A stretch of DNA of 32,000 nt from Saccharicrinis sp. UBA6048 (GCA_002429115.1 DIYS01000015.1:1-32000); one strand, 5' to 3'; counted from the first letter of the stretch, positions 19,620 through 28,240 are shown. Numbers and translations: made by a program. Notes: generated by a model from the sequence alone, not told the origin.

Positions 19620-20969
19620 TTAACTCAACTCTTTAATCATTAAATCAATACCCTTACGCAATGTTGCCTGAAGCGGCTGCTTCGAAGTACATACAAACTC
19701 ACAAAGAGCAATGTCTTCTTCGGCCAACTCGTAAATACCCAGTTGCTCCATCTTGTCGATATCTTCAACCAAAATAGCCCTGAATAAAAACTCAGGAAGG
19801 ATATCCATTGGTAACACTTTATCGTATTGTCCGGATACTACAAATGAACGAAGACCACCATGCATGTTAGCATCTAAACGGTATTCTTTCTTTTTGCACA
19901 ACCAACTGAAGAAGGTACGCGACATACTGAACTTATTGAATCCTGGCAATGCCCATCCCATAAACTCATAATAATCACCCTCTGGAATAACGGTTACTTG
20001 TGAGTGATAAGCTCCAAGATAACCATCTTCTTCAATGTGGGTTCCGGTTAGCACATTACCACTGATGTAACGTACTTTATCATCGGTTTTAATATTTTCT
20101 TTAACAATGGCAGAGATGCTGGCGCCTAATTTTGTGCGGTAATAGCCCTTCTTCTCAACTTCGCTACCTGCTAATACTACAATACGGTCAGCATCATAGA
20201 TTCCTTCGGTAAATAATTTACCAATAGCAACGATTTCCTGCGGCTGAGCAACCCACACAACTTCACCTTTATTAACAGGCATGATGTGATGAATCTGAAT
20301 ACCAACATTACCGGCCGGGTGTGGGCCTTCGAATGCGTGTACTGTGACTCCATTTAAGTTGTTAAACACCTTTGATGCGGCATCATTTTGTACGCCTACA
20401 TGAACGTTGTCGCACAAACGCTTGATGACATCAATACCAGCTTGCAATGCTTCTTCCTGACTCGAAAGGATAAAATCCATATCCGGTGCCAAGGGTGCAC
20501 TGTCGAAGCCCGAAATGAAGAATGCCTTTGGTGTTTCGCTGGCATTGGCAATCACATCATACGGACGTTTGCGGATAAACGGCCAAAGACCTGCTGCCTG
20601 CAACTTCTCAACAACTTGCTCTTTAGAAAGGTCGGCAGGCTTAGCAGTTTCAAACTGCTCTTTCTCATCTGCACCATCAGACTTTACTACCACCTCAAGG
20701 ATTTTACGGCGTTCGCCACGATTTACCGCAGCCAACTCTCCACTAACAGGAGACACAAATTTTATTTCCGGACGATTCTTGTCGAAAAATAAAACTGTAC
20801 CCGCTTTCACCTTGTCCCCAACTTTTACAGCCATTTTAGGAACCACACCATGAAAATCAGTTGGTTTCACTGCAAAAAGCTCGGGTAATTCAGCCTGACC
20901 GAATACCTTATCGGCTTTACCGACAAGTTGTATATCAAGACCTTTTTTTATTTTTATTACCTCTGACAT
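19620..20969 (-). CDS. nqrA: Na+-translocating NADH:quinone oxidoreductase subunit A
   Basis: 449 aa. MSEVIKIKKGLDIQLVGKA..., HAFEGPHPAGNVGIQIHH and LEDIDKMEQLGIYELAEEDIALCEFVCTSK are typical of NqrA. It is the first gene of the six-gene operon. Confidence 0.95.
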   Translation of the reverse strand: MSEVIKIKKGLDIQLVGKADKVFGQAELPELFAVKPTDFHGVVPKMAVKVGDKVKAGTVLFFDKNRPEIKFVSPVSGELAAVNRGERRKILEVVVKSDGADEKEQFETAKPADLSKEQVVEKLQAAGLWPFIRKRPYDVIANASETPKAFFISGFDSAPLAPDMDFILSSQEEALQAGIDVIKRLCDNVHVGVQNDAASKVFNNLNGVTVHAFEGPHPAGNVGIQIHHIMPVNKGEVVWVAQPQEIVAIGKLFTEGIYDADRIVVLAGSEVEKKGYYRTKLGASISAIVKENIKTDDKVRYISGNVLTGTHIEEDGYLGAYHSQVTVIPEGDYYEFMGWALPGFNKFSMSRTFFSWLCKKKEYRLDANMHGGLRSFVVSGQYDKVLPMDILPEFLFRAILVEDIDKMEQLGIYELAEEDIALCEFVCTSKQPLQATLRKGIDLMIKELS

Positions 20970-21000
20970 GTTTGAAAAACGGTTTTTTTATTTTTACGCG

Positions 21001-21008
21001 CAAAAATA
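21001..21008 (-). promoter_or_regulatory. Candidate -7 promoter box TATTTTTG for the nqr operon
   Basis: The reverse complement of CAAAAATA at 21001-21008 matches TAnnTTTG, 31 nt upstream of the nqrA ATG. Confidence 0.45.
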
Positions 21009-21061
21009 CATAAATTTATCAGTAATCCATATAAATTGCTTCCGCAAAACTCGCGTCAATC

Positions 21062-22405
21062 ATGGACAAATATCACAAATACGGCTGCATCGCTTATCCA
21101 ATAAGGATTTTAAGCTCTTTAATACACAAATACGTTTTATCAATTGTTATTCTGTTGGGTTTAATTACCCTTTTCGCTTCTGATATTCGAGCTGATAATC
21201 CTGTAAAAACGGCTTCTCATATTAAAACAGTTCAGCTCTACAAAAAAGGGTGGAACATGTCCTACCCCATCATCAACTTAAATCCACAAGAGCAGCTAAC
21301 CCTGGAGTTTGATGATTTTGCCTACGAATCGAAAAACTATCAATACAGCATTATCCATTGCGATTCAAACTGGGAAGAATCGAACCTGATGCAAACAGAA
21401 TATGTGAAAGGCTTTATGCCAAATCCAGTGCTGGACTACCAGTACTCCTTCAACACAACTTTCGATTACATTCATTATACACTGGATTTCCCCAACCGAG
21501 ATATCTCACTAAAGTTATCGGGCAATTATATCATCAAAATATTTGAGCAAGGTAGCGAGGATCAGCCGATATTAACTCGTCCGTTTTACGTTTCAGAGTC
21601 ACTGGTTAGTATCTTTCCACGTATACGATACACCTCCAATTCGAACTTTCGTGAATCGATGCAGGAAGTCAACTTCACCATTGAACACCCGAATTTCAGA
21701 ATTGCCAATCCCAACGAAGAAATTAAAGTGATCCTTCAACAAAATGGACGATGGGACAATCAGATTGATGATTTGAAACCATTGTTCATCCGTCATCAGG
21801 AACTTGATTACTCTTATAACCGCGAAAACTTGTTTGATGGTGGTAACGAATATCGTTGGCTTGATGTTAGAAGCACACGATTTGCCCCCGAGCATGTTGA
21901 AAAGATCAGCTTCTTTGATCCGCATTACCATTTTACCTTATACGCCGATAAGTTTTTAAGTAAAAAACCATACTTCTATCGAGAGGATTTTAACGGTAAA
22001 TATTACATCGAGGTGAAAGAAAACCGTGATCCTATGATTGAAGCCGATTATGTGTATGTGCATTTTGCATTACCTGTTCCTGCTCCATATGCAGATGGAT
22101 ATATATATGTCACGGGTGGATTGAGTGACTGGCAGCTCCATCAAGCCAATAAAATGGAATATAACTATAACTCTCACATGTATGAATTAACCTTACTACT
22201 CAAGCAGGGCTTCTATAATTATCAATACCACTTTTTAGAAAACAACCATAGTAAAGCGGAAGTGGAGCGCTTTGAAGGTAACTACGGACAAACGGAAAAC
22301 GACTATATCATTTATGTGTACTACAAAGGCATTGGTGATAACTATGAGCGATTGATTGGAGTTAACATTTCTAATTCGCTAAAGTATAGTGTGAAAGGGA
22401 AGTAA
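21062..22405 (+). CDS. Type IX secretion system plug-like protein (DUF5103 / T9SS_plug family), putative
   Basis: Signal or anchor YVLSIVILLGLITLFASDIRA. The segment HIKTVQLYKKGWNMSYPIINLNPQEQLTLEFDDFAYESKNYQYSIIHCDSNWEESNL matches my recollection of the DUF5103 N-terminal domain pattern. 447 aa. Confidence 0.55.
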   Translation: MDKYHKYGCIAYPIRILSSLIHKYVLSIVILLGLITLFASDIRADNPVKTASHIKTVQLYKKGWNMSYPIINLNPQEQLTLEFDDFAYESKNYQYSIIHCDSNWEESNLMQTEYVKGFMPNPVLDYQYSFNTTFDYIHYTLDFPNRDISLKLSGNYIIKIFEQGSEDQPILTRPFYVSESLVSIFPRIRYTSNSNFRESMQEVNFTIEHPNFRIANPNEEIKVILQQNGRWDNQIDDLKPLFIRHQELDYSYNRENLFDGGNEYRWLDVRSTRFAPEHVEKISFFDPHYHFTLYADKFLSKKPYFYREDFNGKYYIEVKENRDPMIEADYVYVHFALPVPAPYADGYIYVTGGLSDWQLHQANKMEYNYNSHMYELTLLLKQGFYNYQYHFLENNHSKAEVERFEGNYGQTENDYIIYVYYKGIGDNYERLIGVNISNSLKYSVKGK

Positions 22406-22714
22406 TCGGTTTTGGGTTTCGAATTTTGGGTCTTATTTTAAGCTACAAAATCTTTAATGAAATCCCCCTCCCCATTCCTTCGTCGTGGTACTTTCCTTTA
22501 TTCCCAAGTGTAGAAGCATTTACAGCCAGGAAACAAAATGTTTGACATCGCTCTTACTTAACGACCTGTGACTATTGACCATTCAATAATCAACGTTAAA
22601 TAACTGACCGTTTTCGTCACCAAAATCAAACCATTCACCTACAATAACACGTCATTCGTCAAGCAAATTAAAATTAATACTAAAAAAAGTGTTACGCTTT
22701 GCACCTTACTGCAA

Positions 22715-22769
22715 TTAACTATATAAACACCAAACTTTATTTTAAGCAAAAGCCGGTGTATATAGTTAA
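22715..22769. promoter_or_regulatory. Inverted repeat TTAACTATATAAACACC ... GGTGTATATAGTTAA, 19 nt upstream of the 428-aa ORF
   Basis: Arms at 22715-22731 and 22755-22769 are complementary apart from one extra A. The outer half-sites TAACTA/TAGTTA are the same as in the 24089-24340 array. Confidence 0.6.
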
Positions 22770-22787
22770 ACTTTTAATCCTTACTTA

Positions 22788-24074
22788 ATGGCTAAATCCA
22801 AACCCCGCAAAAAGCGCCCTGTCACGACTCCATTCAACAAAATGGAGGCCATCAAACCATTTATTATCCGACTACATGAGCTGTGTAAGGCAATCAATTG
22901 TGATGTTATGCAATACATCGTCAGCAAAGAAGACATGCTTGCACTGGCCGGCTTACGATTCAGAATTGGTTCGATTGATAAGGTTACTAACGAATATAAA
23001 CACACCAGACCTTATAAGTCGATATTTAATAAGATTATTAAACAGGCGCTTAAAACCCATCTTTCGGTAATTAAAGACTTTCCTATTCAAACCTGCTTTT
23101 TAGATGTTACCTACTTTGATGCCCTTACTATATTTCTTGAAAATAATCTACTTGAAAATAAATCCTTGTCCGACAAATTTCTCGATCAAATCAAAGCGTA
23201 TTATGACAGTTCTAACAAAAAGTTTTACAGTATTCTGCAACACCAGCTAATACAAATCACATTGTTAGAAAACCTGCCTGATGAAGCTATGCTTTCGTTT
23301 GGCTATACGCCTGCCCCCATTCATACACACAAACTTTACAATGCCGAATTAAGCTTTCAACTGTACCTACAACGACCAATTAAAGAATACATCACTTTTA
23401 AAGGGCAAACAAGACTGGCCTACAAGGTTATCATTCCAATATTTACCAATAAACTGTATCATGAGACGGTCATCAACACAAAACTAACAGATGGTTTATA
23501 TCAAGGTGATAAAGAATCGTTACACATATTTATACAGGCACATGCCTTACAACGATTCAGAGAACGAACAGCACCTTTTAATGACATGTTCATCAAATTG
23601 CAGTTTTCGCTTTGCATGCTTAATGAAATAAAACCAATATGCAGAAGCGAGAGTTTGTATATACCATACAGGATCAACGATATTACCATTGGCTATTTCG
23701 TTGGCATTATTGCTGAAGAAAAAGTAATGATTAAGACTTTTATACTCGCCACACATGCTTCAGCCCCTGAAGGACATAAATTCCAAGAGCTGACCGGATT
23801 TAAAAAGCATGACATGAGCTATTGGGATATTACCAAACTCGACACGTTTATATACAATGATATGAAACCCGAAAACCCTTTGTATGCCTACTTTGAAGAG
23901 AGTGGTTTATTACCAATGTTTGATCTGGATGACAAACAGATTATGCCCGAAGATAAATGTGATAAACAAGCTAACTGGCAAAACATGCTTGAGTGCATTA
24001 ACAAGCAGCATACACATAAAAACCTGAGTCAGCAAGATTTCCAAAACACTATACTGGAGGAAGTGATGAGCTGA
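22788..24074 (+). CDS. Hypothetical protein (428 aa), no confident family
   Basis: Long ORF with a basic N-terminus MAKSKPRKKRP. The central-to-C-terminal segment LHIFIQAHALQRFRERTAPF...KVMIKTFILATH weakly resembles the H-A-x-x-R-x-x-E-R plus beta-sheet pattern of DUF4258/BrnT-like small toxin folds. This is a by-eye comparison only. Confidence 0.6.
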   Translation: MAKSKPRKKRPVTTPFNKMEAIKPFIIRLHELCKAINCDVMQYIVSKEDMLALAGLRFRIGSIDKVTNEYKHTRPYKSIFNKIIKQALKTHLSVIKDFPIQTCFLDVTYFDALTIFLENNLLENKSLSDKFLDQIKAYYDSSNKKFYSILQHQLIQITLLENLPDEAMLSFGYTPAPIHTHKLYNAELSFQLYLQRPIKEYITFKGQTRLAYKVIIPIFTNKLYHETVINTKLTDGLYQGDKESLHIFIQAHALQRFRERTAPFNDMFIKLQFSLCMLNEIKPICRSESLYIPYRINDITIGYFVGIIAEEKVMIKTFILATHASAPEGHKFQELTGFKKHDMSYWDITKLDTFIYNDMKPENPLYAYFEESGLLPMFDLDDKQIMPEDKCDKQANWQNMLECINKQHTHKNLSQQDFQNTILEEVMS

Positions 24075-24088
24075 AAACACCAACTTTT

Positions 24089-24340
24089 TACTGAAACAAG
24101 CCGTGACTATTTAGTTAAAGCTTGTCGCAATTGTGAAACACGGCGTAACTAAATAGTTATTCTAAGAATCAGCAGTGAAATGTGCCGTAACTAAATAGTT
24201 AAACCACATTTCGAGACCAAAACATACCATAACTAAATAGTTAAAGCTCAAATGAAGAGTAAAACAAGCCGTGACTATTTAGTCACGATGAAAAAATAAA
24301 AAAGCGTCGTAACTAAATACTTAAGGCAACTAATCTCAAC
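24089..24340. repeat. Array of six near-palindromic 16-bp cores (consensus GTAACTAAATAGTTAA) with 42-bp phasing
   Basis: Cores start at 24103, 24145, 24187, 24229, 24271 and 24309, giving spacings of 42, 42, 42, 42 and 38 bp. A 5' flank (G)TGAAACA..GCC is conserved. Units 1, 3 and 5 carry extended palindromes with unit-specific outer arms. Confidence 0.9.
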
Positions 24341-24379
24341 GATCTTATAATTTTTAACCTCTTAAAATGAACCTTTATA

Positions 24380-25114
24380 ATGAAAATACCTAAAATTTTA
24401 TCCACTACACGAGTGAGTGAAGTGAATGGTGTTACACAACAAATGATTGATGAGTATGGCAAAGGCGATTATAGTGCCGATAGCCATCTTACCAAGGTAT
24501 TTGACCACATAACGGATAGCAACAATCAGTTGGGCATAGCCATAATGCGCGATTCTGTAGAATCGGAATTAGCTGAGTTGGATGAGATTACCGATAACGA
24601 AGTAACCCTCACACATGGTTTGACTAAAGGCTACACCTGCCATCCTGATGAAAACACGGCTAACCGTGCCGGCGAACTGTTTAAAATGGTCGATAAATAT
24701 GGACTGGAAGTAAAAAAGAAAAGCTACCGCGAGGAATATCCCTTGCTTGGCTCTATGATTACTGAAAGTAAAACTGAACCATATGTGGCTTGCATTGCTG
24801 CATTGCCGGGTTGCGATGAACGATTTAAACGACTGGAAGCTGCCGTTAATAACTTTAACGCCAAGCAAAATGTCTACCTGTCGGTAAAAGACGACCAGAA
24901 TGAATTGTCATCAGCCACAGCTATTAAAAAGCAACTCATTGCTTTTATTAACGGCGAACTGGTGGCTTACCTGGATGTGATGCAAAGAGTAAATACCGAG
25001 ATGTATGGCGGGTTAGCCCAGTTTACTGCCAACCGAATTGCCGAAAACAATTCGGCTGTGCGCAAACGCAGAAACAAAACTGAAGCAGAAACAGAAGTAA
25101 AAGTAGAAGAATAA
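24380..25114 (+). CDS. Hypothetical acidic helical protein (244 aa), possibly DUF6261-like
   Basis: The ORF is followed by a clean terminator. The composition is all-helical and acidic with a basic/acidic tail RKRRNKTEAETEVKVEE. The resemblance to Bacteroidota DUF6261 proteins is from memory and is weak. Confidence 0.6.
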   Translation: MKIPKILSTTRVSEVNGVTQQMIDEYGKGDYSADSHLTKVFDHITDSNNQLGIAIMRDSVESELAELDEITDNEVTLTHGLTKGYTCHPDENTANRAGELFKMVDKYGLEVKKKSYREEYPLLGSMITESKTEPYVACIAALPGCDERFKRLEAAVNNFNAKQNVYLSVKDDQNELSSATAIKKQLIAFINGELVAYLDVMQRVNTEMYGGLAQFTANRIAENNSAVRKRRNKTEAETEVKVEE

Positions 25115-25138
25115 CTTTAGATCGAGATTAGTTGCATG

Positions 25139-25168
25139 ATCCCTGCTGGTAACAGCGGGGATTTTTTT
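25139..25168 (+). terminator. Rho-independent terminator after the 244-aa ORF
   Basis: ATCCCTGCTG (25139-25148), loop GTAA, CAGCGGGGAT (25153-25162) with one G-U pair, followed by the run TTTTTTT. Confidence 0.8.
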
Positions 25169-25418
25169 GATCAGTTAAGTGAGGTAACATACAGGTTCCA
25201 TTGGACTCCCTGCTCCGAACAAGCACGGCAGCTACTTCTTATATAGTTTTATCATCATGCAAAAAGGATTAGTACAATAGCAGTGCGTATCTCAAATTGG
25301 TAGATTTCATTCAAGCATGTTATGAATCGTAAGTTCTAAAATTTAAAAGGTGACAAATCTTAGTATTTTTTCATCCAAAACCCTGATAAATTTCATGTAC
25401 TTCGGCTTTTTTATTTCA

Positions 25419-25426
25419 TAGATTTG
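25419..25426 (+). promoter_or_regulatory. Candidate -7 promoter box TAGATTTG upstream of pruA
   Basis: Matches TAnnTTTG, about 93 nt upstream of the ATG at 25519. Confidence 0.35.
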
Positions 25427-25518
25427 TTACTGCTCTGATTCAGATTCAAGTTTTAGAGTTGAAATCCGTTCATTAGAGTCAACATTTGACTAAGTAACAC
25501 CAAAAAAAAATAAAATCT

Positions 25519-27147
25519 ATGCCAAAAGGGATTTTTCAAGTACCGCCGGCTGTCAATGAGCCGATTAAAAGCTACGCACCAGGAACACCTGAGCGTGCTG
25601 AGTTAAAAGAGATGTTGAATAAGCTTCGCTCTGAGGAATTAGACATTCCTATGTTTATCGGAGGCGAAGAAATCAGAACAGGAAACAAAAAACGTATCCA
25701 CCCACCACACGAAATTGCACATACTTTAGGTCATTACCACCAAGGTGATGAAACACACGTGCACCAAGCGATTGACGCTGCTTTAAAAGCTCGTGAAAAG
25801 TGGGTTAACCTTAGCTGGGAGCACCGCGCTTCTATTTTCTTAAAAGCAGCTGATTTATTGGCCGGTCCTTACCGTCAGTTAATCAATGCAGCTACTATGT
25901 TAGGACAGTCGAAAAATGCTTTCCAGGCTGAGATTGATTCAGCTTGTGAGTTGGCAGATTTCTTCCGTTTCAACGTACAGTACATGACTGAAATCTACGC
26001 AGGTCAGCCTGAGTCTTCTGCAGGTATCTGGGATCGCGTTGAGTACCGTCCATTGGAAGGATTCGTATTTGCATTAACGCCATTTAACTTTACTTCTATT
26101 GCTGGTAACTTACAAACTGCTCCTGCAATGATGGGTAACGTTACTGTTTGGAAACCATCGAAAACAGCTGTTTACTCAGCTTATTTCTTGATGAAATTAT
26201 TCAAAGAAGCTGGTGTACCAGATGGTGTTATCAACCTTGTTTATGCATCAGGTCCTGTTGCTGCTAAAGAAATTTTCTCTCACCCTGATTTTGCCGGTTT
26301 CCACTTTACTGGTTCTACTGGTGTATTCCAGAGTACTTGGAAAGCTATCGGTGATAACATTGAGAAATATAAGACTTACCCACGTATCGTAGGTGAAACA
26401 GGTGGTAAAGACTACATTTTAGCTCACAAATCATGTGATGCCAAAGGCGTAGCTACTGCTATTGTTCGTGGTGCTTTCGAATACCAGGGACAGAAGTGTT
26501 CTGCTGCATCTCGCGCTTATATGCCATCTAGCCGTTGGGAAGAGATCCTAGGCTACGTTAAAGAGCAAATGAAAGAAGTAAAAATGGGGCCTCCAGAGGA
26601 TTTCAGCAACTTTGTAAATGCTGTTATTGACGAGACTTCATTTGACTTATTAGCAGGTGCTATTGACGAAGCTAAAGCAAGCAACGAAGCTGAGATTGTT
26701 GTTGGTGGTGGTCACGATAAGTCAGTGGGTTACTTCATTGAGCCTACAATCATCGTTACAACGAATCCAATGTATCGCACAATGGAAGAAGAGTTGTTCG
26801 GTCCTGTATTGACTATTTATGTGTATGATGACAACAAGTTTGAGGAAACAATGGACATCCTTGATAAAACGTCTATCTATGCATTAACAGGATGTATCTT
26901 CGCACAAGATCGTTACGTCATTGAGCAGGCTACCAAGCGTTTGGTTGATACTGCAGGTAACTTCTACATCAACGATAAACCAACAGGTGCTGTTGTTGGT
27001 CAGCAGCCATTTGGTGGTTCTCGTGGTTCGGGTACAAATGATAAGGCTGGTTCGGCTATTAACTTGATGCGTTGGGTAAGCCCTCGTACCATTAAGGAAA
27101 ATTTCGTTCCTCCACACGACTTTAAATACCCGTTTCTTGCTGAATAG
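25519..27147 (+). CDS. pruA: L-glutamate gamma-semialdehyde (1-pyrroline-5-carboxylate) dehydrogenase
   Basis: 542-aa aldehyde dehydrogenase with N-terminus MPKGIFQVPPAVNEPIKSYAPGTPER typical of PruA. Motifs include FTGSTGVF, the catalytic Glu region VGETGGKD and the catalytic Cys in YQGQKCSAASR. Confidence 0.9.
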   Translation: MPKGIFQVPPAVNEPIKSYAPGTPERAELKEMLNKLRSEELDIPMFIGGEEIRTGNKKRIHPPHEIAHTLGHYHQGDETHVHQAIDAALKAREKWVNLSWEHRASIFLKAADLLAGPYRQLINAATMLGQSKNAFQAEIDSACELADFFRFNVQYMTEIYAGQPESSAGIWDRVEYRPLEGFVFALTPFNFTSIAGNLQTAPAMMGNVTVWKPSKTAVYSAYFLMKLFKEAGVPDGVINLVYASGPVAAKEIFSHPDFAGFHFTGSTGVFQSTWKAIGDNIEKYKTYPRIVGETGGKDYILAHKSCDAKGVATAIVRGAFEYQGQKCSAASRAYMPSSRWEEILGYVKEQMKEVKMGPPEDFSNFVNAVIDETSFDLLAGAIDEAKASNEAEIVVGGGHDKSVGYFIEPTIIVTTNPMYRTMEEELFGPVLTIYVYDDNKFEETMDILDKTSIYALTGCIFAQDRYVIEQATKRLVDTAGNFYINDKPTGAVVGQQPFGGSRGSGTNDKAGSAINLMRWVSPRTIKENFVPPHDFKYPFLAE

Positions 27148-27186
27148 TAAGATTATAAATAGGTAATTAAATTTGCTAAATAACTT

Positions 27187-27219
27187 AAAGGCTCCTCAAA
27201 AGGGAGCCTTTATTATTTT
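27187..27219 (+). terminator. Rho-independent terminator after pruA
   Basis: AAAGGCTCC (27187-27195) pairs with GGAGCCTTT (27203-27211) across a 7-nt loop, followed by the T-rich ATTATTTT. Confidence 0.75.
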
Positions 27220-27269
27220 GAAGAGAGAAAATAAATAAAATTTAAGGTGCCAGGAAACTCGGTTTATTA

Positions 27270-28034
27270 CTAAAATAAGGTCCTTAGCGAATGAAGAACC
27301 CGTTTTGTATATCTTCTTCGAAGCGTACTAAGGTATTTAACAAACAGGAGTTCATAAATGGTTTCATTCTCATCGACATGCATCAGAGAGGCATAATGGC
27401 GAGCCAATTCTGTCAGGTACATCGGATTTGAACTTATACTTTGCATATTTCGCAGACTATGATGATGGTTAATCCGTTTTTTAAATTGTATCCGATTTAA
27501 ATCAATCAACGAAAAGTCATAATTATTGTGGTCATGCTTATTGATGAGCACATTTGATCCATTGAAATCATTATGCTTTACTCCATTCATATGCAGTTGA
27601 TTCGACATAAATAAAACAAACTGCTTCAGGATCATTTGCTTTTCTTCCATGTCATTACCCAGCACATATGCCATGTCGAAATCAGCATTGTTATATAAGC
27701 AAATGTAATACGAGCGTTTAAGGATACCCCATTTACTGTATGTTTCAACGTATGCCACCGGATCAGGTGTATTAATTGACAAACGTTGCAGGCGTTGAGC
27801 ATACAAAAATGATCGTTCGGCTTTTGACTTTCGGAAAAATGAATAAATCAAACGATTAAAGGCAGTAATCTGATAAAATGATTTCACACAGATTTGGTGA
27901 TTTTGCACATTAAAGAGCTTTATTTTATTACGACAATCTTTAATCCAATGAGTGCCTGACTCAAAGTTTTGGTCAATATTATCAACAAAGTACTTTATTG
28001 ATTTGTACGGTTCAGCAATAAAAACTCTTTTCAT
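27270..28034 (-). CDS. Lipopolysaccharide kinase (Kdo/WaaP/InaA) family protein
   Basis: Kinase catalytic-loop-like VKHNDFNGSNVLI followed by SLIDLNR. The size (254 aa) and overall pattern fit LPS-core kinase-like proteins. Confidence 0.65.
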   Translation of the reverse strand: MKRVFIAEPYKSIKYFVDNIDQNFESGTHWIKDCRNKIKLFNVQNHQICVKSFYQITAFNRLIYSFFRKSKAERSFLYAQRLQRLSINTPDPVAYVETYSKWGILKRSYYICLYNNADFDMAYVLGNDMEEKQMILKQFVLFMSNQLHMNGVKHNDFNGSNVLINKHDHNNYDFSLIDLNRIQFKKRINHHHSLRNMQSISSNPMYLTELARHYASLMHVDENETIYELLFVKYLSTLRRRYTKRVLHSLRTLF

Positions 28035-28232
28035 ACCTTTCAGTTTGGCATCTGGTTAACAAACTTAACACATGGCATTAAAGAATGTCAAGTGTAATTT
28101 AACAAAACAAACTTAGGCTATACTGATGTTGTAAAGTTTTTTTTCTGTCTGAACATTAATTAATCCTGATTAAAATACTTTTTTTGGCACTTGAAAAACT
28201 AAAGAGGTGATACTTCATTTTAATGATTTCAC

Positions 28233-28240
28233 TAACTTTG
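28233..28240 (+). promoter_or_regulatory. Candidate -7 promoter box TAACTTTG
   Basis: Matches TAnnTTTG, 17 nt upstream of the ATG at 28258. This supports the shorter start for the FtsB-like gene. Confidence 0.4.

Noticed and set aside
18761-20853. Long plus-strand ORFs (136, 134 and 112 aa) inside nqrB and nqrA
   Set aside because: They are antisense shadow ORFs within strongly supported nqr genes. They have low-complexity or odd composition and no independent start or terminator signals.
20968-21183. 71-aa plus-strand ORF spanning the nqrA-plug intergenic region
   Set aside because: It overlaps the nqrA start codon and the start of the plug-like gene in another frame. It has no supporting features.
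22409-22432. GGGTTTCGAATTTTGGG looked superficially like a tRNA T-arm (GGTTCGAAT)
   Set aside because: No acceptor, D or anticodon arms can be built around it. It is part of the GT-rich post-stop spacer.
24131-24184. GTGAAACA / GTGAAAT words in the repeat flanks resemble the right half of the universal parS site (TGTTNCACGTGAAACA)
   Set aside because: Only a half-site is present. No unit contains the full 16-bp parS palindrome. I recorded it only as a curiosity relevant to the centromere-like hypothesis.
24089-24340. Possible CRISPR array, because of the regularly spaced repeats
   Set aside because: The conserved unit is about 28-30 bp, leaving only about 12-14 bp of unique sequence between units. 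There are only six units, no cas genes and no leader-like region. The units vary internally (the core centre flips orientation), unlike CRISPR repeats.
25481-25493. Palindrome GTCAA-CAT-TTGAC 26 nt upstream of the pruA start as a possible operator
   Set aside because: With 5-bp arms only, it is expected by chance in 400 bp of AT-rich intergenic DNA. No second copy is present.
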